From positions 66,046 to 130,045 of the forward strand of contig CAZNOH010000004.1 in NCBI GenBank assembly GCA_964574655.1: a DNA stretch of 64,000 bases, read 5' to 3'. How positions within the stretch are numbered: position 1 is the stretch's first letter; each line of letters opens with the position of its first letter. This stretch comes from an uncultured Candidatus Saccharibacteria bacterium. GTDB taxonomy: Bacteria; Patescibacteriota; JABMPQ01; JAQVVF01. Positions 28,694-37,665 of this stretch are shown in pieces. The translations under genes were made by a program, and so were the position numbers. The notes beneath the pieces are model-generated. The model was not told where the DNA came from and did not search any database. It saw only the letters and a program-made list of their open reading frames with translations.

Positions 28694-29192
28694 TAGGATT
28701 GTAATTGTTTTTTACTTCATCGCCATCGCTAAAACCATCACTATCTGTATCTTTTGTGTTTGGATTTGAATTATATTGCAACTCTTGAAGATTAGTTAAG
28801 CCATCTTCATCGTTATCTCTAATTGCATCAAGATAATCTTTGGGGTCTAAATTATTTTTTACTTCCCAACCATCCGGTATCTTATCAAAATCAGTATCAT
28901 ATTGATTTGGATCAGTACCATTTTTTAACTCTTCAATAGTTGTTAAGCCGTCGCCATCCATATCCTGATTAGAAATATCTGCTGTCAAATTAGCTTGTCT
29001 GTTTTTTTGGAAAAAATTATAGGCAATAATAACCGCAATAGACAAGATAATTATGAAAAATATAATTAGTAAAACAACAAGAATCGGATGTTTCTTGTTG
29101 TTTGTTTCCAGATATTGGAATTCTAGATTTGGTTTTTGATTTTTTGGAATATTGATAGGCGGTGCTGATTTGTGAAATCCAGAATTTTGCAT
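28668..29192 (-). CDS. membrane-anchored protein with TSP3-like Ca-binding repeats
   Basis: TM helix followed by DMDGDGLT...[12 protein letters not shown] repeats. Confidence 0.5.
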   Translation of the reverse strand: MQNSGFHKSAPPINIPKNQKPNLEFQYLETNNKKHPILVVLLIIFFIIILSIAVIIAYNFFQKNRQANLTADISNQDMDGDGLTTIEELKNGTDPNQYDTDFDKIPDGWEVKNNLDPKDYLDAIRDNDEDGLTNLQELQYNSNPNTKDTDSDGFSDGDEVKNNYNPNGEGKIIK

Positions 29193-29201
29193 ACTATTTT
29201 A

Positions 29202-29239
29202 ATCCTCCTTCGTCCTACGGGACTCCGGAGGACAAAAAG
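29202..29239 (-). repeat. family-A element (copy b), supplying the SD for the gene starting at 29192
   Basis: Minus strand reads ttgtcctccggagtcccgtaggacgaaggaggat followed by taaaatagtATG. Confidence 0.65.
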
Positions 29240-29298
29240 TTTTCTAATTTTGATGCTATTCGAAATTAATTATGTACTTCGGATATTAATTTTTTTCT

Positions 29299-30132
29299 TT
29301 ACTTAAGTTTACCTGTTCCATTGGGGTTAAATCCTTTTTGTATTTCAACATAATCACTAAATGTGTCTCCATCTGTATCTTGGCTGTTTGGGTTTGTTTT
29401 ATATTTGAATTCTTCGATATTGATTAACTTGTCTTTATCGTTATCTTTTTGAGCATCTAACGGATCATTAGGATCAAGACCATATTTTATTTCCCACTCA
29501 TCAGTCATTGTATCGCCATCGGAATCTGTTACTTTTATTTTCTCTTTAATGATGATATTTTCAGGAATAACTTGTTGGTTTGTGTTCAAATTAGTATTAA
29601 CATTAGTATTTGTCTTTGAAGATGGATTAAGCCATTTATTATAAGCAAAAACTCCACCTAAAACTAGACCGGCCAATGCAGCAACAACAACGATTAATAT
29701 AATGATTTTGACAACTAAATTCTTTTTTTCAACTTGTTCAATAGAAGGACCGTCTGCTTGCTGAGGCATTTCCGGGCTTTTTGACTGTGGAGGAATTGGA
29801 GCTTGAGGTTTTGGCATTGGTGCAGGTGCTGGTTTCGGAGGCATTGGAGCTGGTGCTGGCGCTTTTGGTTGAAATTGAGGAGGCTCTTGGACTTTAGGCT
29901 TTGGTGGCATTGCTGGCTGTGGCGGTTGTTGTGCCGGAGGTGTTTGAGGCTTTGGAGGAGCTGGCGGTGTTGGACGACTTGGCATTCCTGGGTCAGGATT
30001 TATTTTTCCCATTTGCTGGCGAAAATTTTGGACGCGATCAGGAGAAGGCTTGAATCTTGTTTTAGGTGGTTCATTGGCAGGCTTGTTTTGATCGTTTGTT
30101 GGTAAATTTGTTGGTGGAACTCCATTTGGCAT
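29299..30132 (-). CDS. Pro-rich membrane protein with TSP3-like Ca-binding repeats (paralogue of 28668..29192)
   Basis: PPAPPKPQTPP... low-complexity region, a TM helix, then DSDGDTMTD...DTDGDTFSD. Confidence 0.5.
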   Translation of the reverse strand: MPNGVPPTNLPTNDQNKPANEPPKTRFKPSPDRVQNFRQQMGKINPDPGMPSRPTPPAPPKPQTPPAQQPPQPAMPPKPKVQEPPQFQPKAPAPAPMPPKPAPAPMPKPQAPIPPQSKSPEMPQQADGPSIEQVEKKNLVVKIIILIVVVAALAGLVLGGVFAYNKWLNPSSKTNTNVNTNLNTNQQVIPENIIIKEKIKVTDSDGDTMTDEWEIKYGLDPNDPLDAQKDNDKDKLINIEEFKYKTNPNSQDTDGDTFSDYVEIQKGFNPNGTGKLK

Positions 30133-30380
30133 TTTGTTTAAAAACTTAAAAAATATTGATCTAAAAATATAAATTTCTAGAGATACTTTTTTAAGCTTGT
30201 ATTTTTATTTTTAATATTTTTAAAACTTTATTTTATTATACAATAAATTGCACTTTAAAACAAACAAACTGTTGATAATTTCGTGAATCGCAAATATGCA
30301 CAAATGCCTTAAGGCCACAAATCGCACAAATTATTCGCTTTATTTGTTGCCCTCAGGCATTCGCGGTATTTGTGAGCAAT

Positions 30381-30403
30381 AAAAAAAGACCAAAATATGG
30401 TCT
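30381..30403 (-). terminator. rho-independent terminator for the gene ending 30421
   Basis: agaccaaaatatggtct hairpin followed by a T-run on the minus strand. Confidence 0.6.
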
Positions 30404-30420
30404 AATAGGGTGCAAAAAAA

Positions 30421-31002
30421 TTATTCAGCTGTAACTGCCCTGGCCTGCTGTTCAGCTTTGACTCTCTCTTCAACATCAGTGAGCAGAGTTTTGAGACTCT
30501 CAATGTTAAATGATGATGCTCTTGCCCGATAAAGATTGCTAAGAAGACCTTCTAGATAGCTTTTTTTTGTTTCCAGAACAAGAGCAAGTTCAATAATCTT
30601 CTGGTCTGCGTCTCTTTCGACGAGCAAACTATTGTATTCTACGATTTGCTCGTTGACAAATTTTGCAAGAAGACAAATCTGAATACAATATTTTTCGTAA
30701 GCAGTTTGCGGTTCAGAATAGCCATTTTCAGGACGAAAGATATAATAACGCGCCACAATCTGATCAAATTTTCGCATTCCCAAAATCGCAGTCGGAATCA
30801 ATGAAAGCAACAAGACAACGACGCTGGTGATGCACACAATTGCGTTCTGATTGCTGATTGAAAAAGTGAAATATGAGATTATAGAAATTGAACACGAAAT
30901 ATAAAGGAGCCAATCCTTGATTTTTCTATCCATTTTCTTGATCTCTTCTTGGATTTTGAGAAGATCGGGATGATCATCTAATTTCACAAGCTGAATTTTT
31001 TT
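30421..31002 (-). CDS. hypothetical membrane protein (2 TM)
   Basis: Start at MKKIQLV (31002) preceded by aggagg; the longer ORF in the track reads into the miaB promoter region; G+C elevated. Confidence 0.5.
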   Translation of the reverse strand, partial: KKIQLVKLDDHPDLLKIQEEIKKMDRKIKDWLLYISCSISIISYFTFSISNQNAIVCITSVVVLLLSLIPTAILGMRKFDQIVARYYIFRPENGYSEPQTAYEKYCIQICLLAKFVNEQIVEYNSLLVERDADQKIIELALVLETKKSYLEGLLSNLYRARASSFNIESLKTLLTDVEERVKAEQQARAVTAE

Positions 31003-31098
31003 CATCTCTTTTCCTCCTCTTTGGAAAGAACAACTTGTAAGATTATAATATTTAACTTGCCTTGTCAAGACTAAAAAATTATGGTACTTTAACGAGAT

Positions 31099-32445
31099 AT
31101 GAAAAATAAATTTTTTATTAAAACATTCGGCTGTCAGATGAATATTTCTGATTCTGAAAGAATTGAGGCTGTTTTGTTGAATGCTAAATTTAAGAAAGTA
31201 GATTCTGAAAATTTGGCTGATTTTGTAATTGTAAATTCTTGTTCTGTAAGGCAAGCTGCTGAAAATAGAGCGATTTCGACATTAAAAAATGCAAGAAAAA
31301 ATAAGCAAATTGCAATTGTCACTGGATGTTCTGCAGTAAAAGAAAAAAATAGATTCAAAAAATTTGCTGATTTTGTTTTGGATATTAAAGATTTGAAAAA
31401 ATGGCCAAGCATTCTACCTTGCCCCCACCTTCGTAAAAACTTCGGTGGGCAGGCATGGCAGGAGTCGCGACAAAAACGAACCTTTGCCATGGGCAAAGTA
31501 GAAACTAACTATTTCAAAATTCATCCAAATTATTCAAGTAAATTCCATGCTTATGTGCCGGTAATGACTGGTTGTAATAATTTTTGTTCTTATTGTGTAG
31601 TGCCTTATGCTCGCGGACGTGAAGTTAGCAGATCTGTAAATGAAATTATTAAAGAAGTAAAATCTCTTGTTAAACAAGGTTATAAAGGCGTAACTCTGCT
31701 TGGTCAGAATGTAAACAGTTACTGCGGTAAGGTAAAAGTCAAAAGTAAAAAGGAAAAAGCTGCAAGTAAAAAATCAAAAAACGATGTCGACTTTCCTACT
31801 CTTCTTAAAATGATTAATGACATTCCTGGCGATTTTTGGATTTGGTTTTTGACTAGCCATCCAAAAGACATGAGCTTGAAACTGATTAAAACGATAACAA
31901 AATGCAAGAAAGTCTGCCGTTATATTCATTTGCCTGCTCAAGCTGGAAATGATGAAATTTTGAAAAAAATGAATCGCAAATATACTCATGCAAAATATTT
32001 AAAGCTTGTTCAATCAATCAAAAAATATTTGCCTGATACTTGCCTTTCAACGGATATTATTGTTGGTTTTCCTTCTGAAACTAAAAAACAATTTCTTGAT
32101 ACCTGCAAACTTTTTAAAGAAGTGAAATATGATATGGCTTTTTTAGCTAAATACTCGCCTAGACCTGGAACAGTATCATTTAAAATGAAAGATGATGTTT
32201 TGCAAGACGAAAAGAAAAGACGTGAAAATTTCTTGAATAATATTTTGAGAAAAACAGCCTTAAAAAATAATAATAAATATTTAGGAAAAAATGTTGAAAT
32301 ATTAGTTGAGAAAAAAAATATTGGCAGAACTAGAACTTTTAAATTAGTTAAATTTAATTTTGATAAAGATTTGATTGGACAGATTGTTAAAGTGAAAATT
32401 ACGAAAGCTTTAGCTTGGATTTTGGAAGGAGAAATAAAAAACTAG
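31099..32445 (+). CDS. miaB: radical-SAM methylthiotransferase, MiaB-like, with an in-frame repeat-element insertion
   Basis: MTTase N-terminal domain (FIKTFGCQMN), CxxxCxxC (GCNNFCSYC) and a C-terminal TRAM domain; adjacent to miaA. Confidence 0.8.
   Translation: MKNKFFIKTFGCQMNISDSERIEAVLLNAKFKKVDSENLADFVIVNSCSVRQAAENRAISTLKNARKNKQIAIVTGCSAVKEKNRFKKFADFVLDIKDLKKWPSILPCPHLRKNFGGQAWQESRQKRTFAMGKVETNYFKIHPNYSSKFHAYVPVMTGCNNFCSYCVVPYARGREVSRSVNEIIKEVKSLVKQGYKGVTLLGQNVNSYCGKVKVKSKKEKAASKKSKNDVDFPTLLKMINDIPGDFWIWFLTSHPKDMSLKLIKTITKCKKVCRYIHLPAQAGNDEILKKMNRKYTHAKYLKLVQSIKKYLPDTCLSTDIIVGFPSETKKQFLDTCKLFKEVKYDMAFLAKYSPRPGTVSFKMKDDVLQDEKKRRENFLNNILRKTALKNNNKYLGKNVEILVEKKNIGRTRTFKLVKFNFDKDLIGQIVKVKITKALAWILEGEIKN
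31414..31508 (+). repeat. family-B two-hairpin element, in-frame inside miaB
   Basis: ctaccttgccc...cccacc/ggtggg hairpin...ctttgccatgggcaaagtagaaactaa; encodes LPCPHLRKNFGGQAWQESRQKRTFAMGKVETN. Confidence 0.7.
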
Positions 32446-32474
32446 GTCAAAAACCTAGTCAAGGAGCAAAATTA

Positions 32475-32726
32475 TTATTTCTCATATTCCATCAGCGTTC
32501 CGCATTTTGGACAAATATAGAGCTCAGCTATCTTTTTGGGCAAGAATCTAGCTTTACATTGTGGGCAATCGATTGCAGCAAGATTGAGATCAATTCTTAA
32601 TTTTTCAAAAATAGAAGGATCAGATTGTTCCCGTAGACTTGCAATGATTGCATCTATCTCAGCTTGATCTAATTCTACCCTATTTCGTTGCTTCTCTAAA
32701 ATTCTGTCCCTTGTTGCTTCGTCCAT
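32475..32726 (-). CDS. small zinc-ribbon protein (CxxC...CxxC), paralogue A
   Basis: C-terminal CPQCKARF...CPKCG. Confidence 0.5.
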   Translation of the reverse strand: MDEATRDRILEKQRNRVELDQAEIDAIIASLREQSDPSIFEKLRIDLNLAAIDCPQCKARFLPKKIAELYICPKCGTLMEYEK

Positions 32727-32767
32727 TTCTCCCCTCCTCTCTTTAGAGAACCTTCAAGAATATCATT

Positions 32768-33013
32768 TTAAACGATTTTGATTTCTGCACCACACTTTGG
32801 ACAATGATAGAGTTGCCATATTTCATAGGGCAAAAAAGTGGCATTGCACTGATTACACGCTGTCTTAAGCATCTTATCAATTCCTAATTTCATGAACATA
32901 TTATGATCTGAAGATCCTGCAGGAGTGCCAAGAACAGCCTCTTTCTCAGTCCGATCTAGCTTTTCGCCTTTTTGACGCTTCGTCAAAATTCTGTCTAATA
33001 CTTCTTGTTCCAC
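32768..33013 (-). CDS. small zinc-ribbon protein, paralogue B
   Basis: C-terminal CNQCNATF...CPKCG; the N-terminus resembles 32475..32726. Confidence 0.5.
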   Translation of the reverse strand: MEQEVLDRILTKRQKGEKLDRTEKEAVLGTPAGSSDHNMFMKLGIDKMLKTACNQCNATFLPYEIWQLYHCPKCGAEIKIV

Positions 33014-33062
33014 TCTTCCCTCCTTGCCTGAGAATATTTAAGAATATAATTTTTAATATACT

Positions 33063-33968
33063 ATGTCAAATAATTTACCTAAAGTTATAGTCATTCTTGG
33101 TCCGACTGCCTCTGGCAAGTCTGGTTTTAGTATTAAATTGGCTAAAAAATATAATGGTGAAATTATATCTTGTGATTCAAGACAGTTTTATAAAGAAATG
33201 AATGTTGGCACTGCCAAAGTGACCAAAAAGGAAATGCAAGGTGTGAAGCATTACATGATTGATATAATTAAGCCTAATCAAAATTTTTCAGTTGCTAAAT
33301 TTAAAAAACAGGCTGAAAAAATAATTAATGATATTTTAAAGCGAAAAAAAATTCCGATTTTGGTTGGCGGAACAGGATTATATATTCAATCTTTAGTTGA
33401 TAATTTAACTATTCCTCAAGTTCCTCCAGATTTTGAATTAAGGAAAAAACTTGAGAAACAAGATATTGAAAAGTTATGGGCAAGATTAATTAAATTTGAT
33501 CCTAAATCCGCTAATTTTGTGCAAAGACAGAATAAAAGAAGAATCATTAGGGCTTTAGAGGTTTGCCAGAAAACAGATAAAACTTTTTCAGGATTTCAAC
33601 AAAAAGGCAAACCGAAATATACTTTTTTGCAGATTGGTATTAAAGTAGATCGCGAAAAACTTTATGCAAGAATTGATAAAAGAGTTGATCAAATGATTGA
33701 TGATGGATTGATTCCAGAAATTAGAAAATTAAATAAAAAGTATTCATGGAAATTACCAGCAATGTCCGGAATTGGCTATGGTGAATTTAAGGGAAAACTA
33801 AATAAAATCAAAGATAAAAAAATTCTGGCAGAAATTGTCCAGAATATTAAATTTCATACTCATCAATACGCCAGACGGCAGGAAAGTTGGTTTAAAAGAG
33901 ATGAAAAAATAAAGTGGATTAAAAAATATAGCCAGGCAGACGAATTGGCGAGAAAATTTGTAAAGTAG
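33063..33968 (+). CDS. miaA: tRNA dimethylallyltransferase
   Basis: P-loop GPTASGKS, SCDSRQFYKEMNVGTAK. Confidence 0.9.
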   Translation: MSNNLPKVIVILGPTASGKSGFSIKLAKKYNGEIISCDSRQFYKEMNVGTAKVTKKEMQGVKHYMIDIIKPNQNFSVAKFKKQAEKIINDILKRKKIPILVGGTGLYIQSLVDNLTIPQVPPDFELRKKLEKQDIEKLWARLIKFDPKSANFVQRQNKRRIIRALEVCQKTDKTFSGFQQKGKPKYTFLQIGIKVDREKLYARIDKRVDQMIDDGLIPEIRKLNKKYSWKLPAMSGIGYGEFKGKLNKIKDKKILAEIVQNIKFHTHQYARRQESWFKRDEKIKWIKKYSQADELARKFVK

Positions 33969-33970
33969 TT

Positions 33971-34054
33971 CTACCTTGCCCACCTGCCTACCAGCAGGTA
34001 GGTGGCAAAGGTCAGCAAATTAGTAACCTCTGCCATGGGCAGAGTAGAAGCTAA
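33971..34054 (+). repeat. family-B element, intergenic, 3 nt after the miaA stop
   Basis: ctaccttgcccacctgcctaccagcaggtaggtggc...ctctgccatgggcagagtagaagctaa; the second hairpin carries compensatory changes relative to the copy in miaB. Confidence 0.7.
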
Positions 34055-34101
34055 TTAAGAAAAAAACCGACGAAAGTCGGTTTTGTGTTAAAAATAAAAG
34101 A

Positions 34102-35115
34102 TCAGCGAGGTTGAATTTTGGGAAGAAGCTGTTCGAAATGTGCGCTCGTTTCAGGAAAAACTGAGGCAAGAATTACACGGAAATATTGAGAGAAAACATT
34201 GGGATTCCAACGACTCCAATCTTCCCTGCTAAAATCCATACCAATCAAACGCATATCATCAAGGGTTTCCATTGCATAACGTTTTGTGCGATGAACAGAA
34301 TCTCCAATGTCGCCAACGAAACAAAGACCTGTATCTTGATAACGTCTCCGCAAGGCAGTACAGAACTCACGGGTAACAATTGTCAGCGGCCGTAAACCTA
34401 AATCAGTATATGGCAATTTCAAACCTTGTGGCGCGACATCAACTAGGGCAGAATTAAAAACTGGAATAAGTTCGACATCATTTTCTCGGCAGGCTCTGAA
34501 AGTTTCCTGAAGCCCATAAAAACTGCCACAGACTGGAAAGATGAACATTTTTTTTGGTTTATGGTGCGGAAATCCTTCACCGACAAAATGCGCAATTGTA
34601 CTACCAGAAGCTACACATTCTTCCAAGCACAACCAAACATTGTCTTCCCACCATTTACCGGCAAAAGCAAGCCTTTCAATGCGAAAACCATTCGGCTGTG
34701 TTTTGTCTTCCTTGCGTTCATATTTGATGTAAGTAGAATCAATCATAATACCGCTAACCAAAGGTGGCTGACAGAAATGCATGTTGTAAGCCTCGCCACC
34801 ATAAAGAATAATGAATTGAGCCAGCTTTTCACCATCAAACATACCCATTTTTTTGCAGATCTGGGCAAGAGCATGACCAATCTGTTGAAGCATAAAGAAC
34901 TTGTCTGGACCACAGAGCTCCCGACTAAGCAAGAATCTCTGACCTACTCCAAGTGCTGGAAAATCAACAACGAAGATTTTCCGTGGCAAATCAAATTCCC
35001 TAAAATCTGAATAATGACCAAGATTATCAATTCTCCAAACATTTTTTCCATCATGAGAATGAACCAATCGACCGATGTCTTCCAAAAACATCTGAGGCAT
35101 GTTGTCCGTTGTCAT
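34102..35115 (-). CDS. hypothetical protein (G+C-rich)
   Basis: Start MTTDN preceded by ggagga; no family recognised. Confidence 0.4.
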   Translation of the reverse strand: MTTDNMPQMFLEDIGRLVHSHDGKNVWRIDNLGHYSDFREFDLPRKIFVVDFPALGVGQRFLLSRELCGPDKFFMLQQIGHALAQICKKMGMFDGEKLAQFIILYGGEAYNMHFCQPPLVSGIMIDSTYIKYERKEDKTQPNGFRIERLAFAGKWWEDNVWLCLEECVASGSTIAHFVGEGFPHHKPKKMFIFPVCGSFYGLQETFRACRENDVELIPVFNSALVDVAPQGLKLPYTDLGLRPLTIVTREFCTALRRRYQDTGLCFVGDIGDSVHRTKRYAMETLDDMRLIGMDFSREDWSRWNPNVFSQYFRVILASVFPETSAHFEQLLPKIQPR

Positions 35116-35131
35116 CCTCTTTTCCTCCATT

Positions 35132-35162
35132 GATCGCCGAAGCTCTTTGAGCGAAGGCGATC
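35132..35162 (-). repeat. family-A-like divergent element (copy h) in the 5' leader of 34102..35115
   Basis: gatcgccgaagctctttgagcgaaggcgatc is a perfect hairpin; resembles copy f (ccgccgaagctttgagc). Confidence 0.45.
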
Positions 35163-35344
35163 TTGTTGCAAGGTGCAAGTATCAAAAAATCCGCTAGATA
35201 GCGGATTTAAAAGGGATTAAAATAATCCTCCGAAATAGAAATAGTTGAAGCGAATTTTTCTGTTCATTGTTTGCATACACATTATTCAAAGCATAACAGG
35301 TTTTTATTATCAAGTCAACCTTCATCAAAATTTCGGCTGATAAA

Positions 35345-36841
35345 TCATACAAGCTTTTTTTGCAGAATTTCAATGACTACTTTTGGATTTGCCTTGCCTT
35401 TTGTTTCTTTCATGATTAGGCCGATAAAAAACTGCAAGGCGTTTTTATTGCCAGCTTTAAAATCAGCAACTGGCTTTGGATTTTCAGAAATAAGCTTATC
35501 TAAAATTTTATCTAATTCATTTTCATCGGATACTTGGCCTAGACTTTGCTCTTCAACAACTTGGGATGGATCTGAACTTTTATCAAACATTATTTTCAAA
35601 ACTTGCTGGCCAGTGGCTGAAGAAATTTTGTTTGTATAAATCATAGCACAAAGTTCAGCAAAATTTTCTGGCGTTATTTTACAATTTGAAATTGAAATTT
35701 TTTCTGAATTTAATAAGGCAAACAATTTTGACGTCAGCCAATTAGAAACTAATTTTACGATTTCTTTATAATTTTTTTCTGTGATATCAGGAGCTTGCTT
35801 TAGCTCGTCAACCCATGATCTAGTTTCAGTTAAAACATTTTCAAAATATTCTGAAATCAGCCTATTTGAAATAATCAATTGCGCCTCTTTTTTATTTAAA
35901 TTAAATTGCTTGATAAATCTTTCTTTTTTGGCTTGAGGAAGTTCAGGCAATCGCTGTCTTAAGTCGCTAACCCAGGCTTGATCTAGCTTTAATGGCGGTA
36001 AATCTGGCTCTGGGAAATAGCGATAATCATGAGATGCTTCTTTTGTTCTCATCTCTGCTGTTGTAGCATCATCATCATTCCATAATCTTGTAGTCGAATA
36101 TTTTGGCGGATTATTTTCCTGCCATAATTTTGTTTGGCGCTCAACTTCATATGTCAAAGCTTTTTCAACAGCTTTGAATGAATTCATATTCTTTAATTCT
36201 GTTTTTGCAGATAATTCTTTTGTCCCTTCAGGTCGCATAGAAATATTTGCATCGCAACGAAGATGGCCTTTTTCCATGTCAGCATCTGAGACGTTAATAT
36301 AACGGATTAAATTGCGAAGTTCTTGCAAAAATATTTTGGCTTCAAGAGGACTTCTAAAATCAGGCTTTGTTACAATTTCCATCAAAGGCGTGCTGGCTCG
36401 ATTATAATCAACAAGACTTGCACCTAAACTTTTTGAATGTGTTAATTTTCCAGCATCTTCTTCAAGATGAATCCTTTCTAAATTAATTCTCTTATTTTGT
36501 CCATTAACTAAAATATCAAAATATCCACCCATGCATATAGGCTCGTCATATTGTGAGATCTGATAATTTTTTGGCGAGTCAGGGTAAAAATAATTCTTGC
36601 GGTCAAATTTAGAATTTTCTGGAATTTTGCAATTCAAAGCAAGACCAGTCATAACTGTCCATTCAACTGCTTGGCGATTAATTACTGGCAAAGCTCCAGG
36701 ATGAGCCATACAAACAGGACAGACTAAAGAATTAGGTTGTTTGCCTTCTGCATTGTTGTCACATGAACAAAACATTTTGGACTTGGTTTTGAGCTGGACG
36801 TGGATTTCTAGACCAATTATTGTTTCTAATTTTTGTTGCAT
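35345..36841 (-). CDS. gatB: Asp/Glu-tRNA amidotransferase subunit B
   Basis: N-terminal GLEIHVQL...CPVCMAHPGALPV and a C-terminal GatB/YqeY domain. Confidence 0.9.
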   Translation of the reverse strand: MQQKLETIIGLEIHVQLKTKSKMFCSCDNNAEGKQPNSLVCPVCMAHPGALPVINRQAVEWTVMTGLALNCKIPENSKFDRKNYFYPDSPKNYQISQYDEPICMGGYFDILVNGQNKRINLERIHLEEDAGKLTHSKSLGASLVDYNRASTPLMEIVTKPDFRSPLEAKIFLQELRNLIRYINVSDADMEKGHLRCDANISMRPEGTKELSAKTELKNMNSFKAVEKALTYEVERQTKLWQENNPPKYSTTRLWNDDDATTAEMRTKEASHDYRYFPEPDLPPLKLDQAWVSDLRQRLPELPQAKKERFIKQFNLNKKEAQLIISNRLISEYFENVLTETRSWVDELKQAPDITEKNYKEIVKLVSNWLTSKLFALLNSEKISISNCKITPENFAELCAMIYTNKISSATGQQVLKIMFDKSSDPSQVVEEQSLGQVSDENELDKILDKLISENPKPVADFKAGNKNALQFFIGLIMKETKGKANPKVVIEILQKKLV

Positions 36842-36902
36842 AAACTTAACGAAATTTTATATTCCTTAAGAATTATAGCATAACAGAAAAATGTTAACGA
36901 CT

Positions 36903-37535
36903 CTATTTTTTCTTTAATTTTTTGATAACAATTTCAAAAATATCATTGAAGACTTCCTTTTTGTCGCGGTTGCCATCAACGACGTGAATGCTTGGAAAAA
37001 TTTTAGCTAATTTATTATATGTCCGCCAAATTTTCTTTAACTTCTGCTCTTCTTCAAATAATTCCTTATGGAAACGAGATGATTTTATTCTTTTAACACA
37101 TTCTTTTGGCGGAACTTTAATCAAGAAAATTAAGTCTGGTAAAATAAAATGCTGATTGAGTGAGACAAGCCAATCCAGATCTCTAATATTAAGCGAACCA
37201 AAAGCAACCGTAGAAAAGAAATAGCGGTCAGTAATCATTATTTTTTTCTTTTTTAAGGCAGGAATAATTTCCTTTTCTAGATGAAGAGCACGATCTGCTG
37301 TAAATAATAATTGCGAACATTCATTGCTGGCTTTCCAAATATGAGTTAGCAAACCTCTGATTAATCCGCCAATTATATTATTTGTTGGCTCTTTGGTTGC
37401 AAAACTTTCGTAGCCTTGCTGGTTCAAATATTTGTTCAATAAATCAACTTGAGTTGATAGTCCAGATCCATCTAATCCTTCAAAAGCAATGAATAAGCCC
37501 TTGAATGGATTTGTAATGAAGCTATTTTTGTTCAT
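36903..37535 (-). CDS. tmk: thymidylate kinase-like protein (P-loop lacks the invariant Lys)
   Basis: FEGLDGSGLSTQ in place of GxDGxGKST; overall Tmk-like fold by motif order. Confidence 0.6.
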   Translation of the reverse strand: MNKNSFITNPFKGLFIAFEGLDGSGLSTQVDLLNKYLNQQGYESFATKEPTNNIIGGLIRGLLTHIWKASNECSQLLFTADRALHLEKEIIPALKKKKIMITDRYFFSTVAFGSLNIRDLDWLVSLNQHFILPDLIFLIKVPPKECVKRIKSSRFHKELFEEEQKLKKIWRTYNKLAKIFPSIHVVDGNRDKKEVFNDIFEIVIKKLKKK

Positions 37536-37562
37536 AACTTTTTAAATTTATTCATGTTGAAG

Positions 37563-37655
37563 TTTCTGCATCTTCTGCGTTGGATTCTGCATCTTTCTGC
37601 GATTAAATTTTTTACGCAGACTAACGCAGAAATGAACGCAGAAAACGCAGAATAT
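37563..37655. repeat. inverted array of TTCTGCR heptamers (4 + 4)
   Basis: Four direct TTCTGC[AG] copies at about 10-bp spacing, then four ACGCAGA copies; lies between thyX and tmk. Confidence 0.7.
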
Positions 37656-37665
37656 CTAATAAACT

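Noticed and set aside
29803-30105. 100-aa Arg/Trp/Cys-rich ORF (+ strand)
   Set aside because: It is antisense to the Pro-rich region of 29299..30132, and its composition is the mirror image of Pro/Gly codons.
30421-31254. 277-aa version of the minus-strand ORF overlapping the miaB start region
   Set aside because: A strong SD plus ATG at 31002 (MKKIQLV) gives a compact 2-TM protein. The upstream part would overlap the miaB promoter and start.
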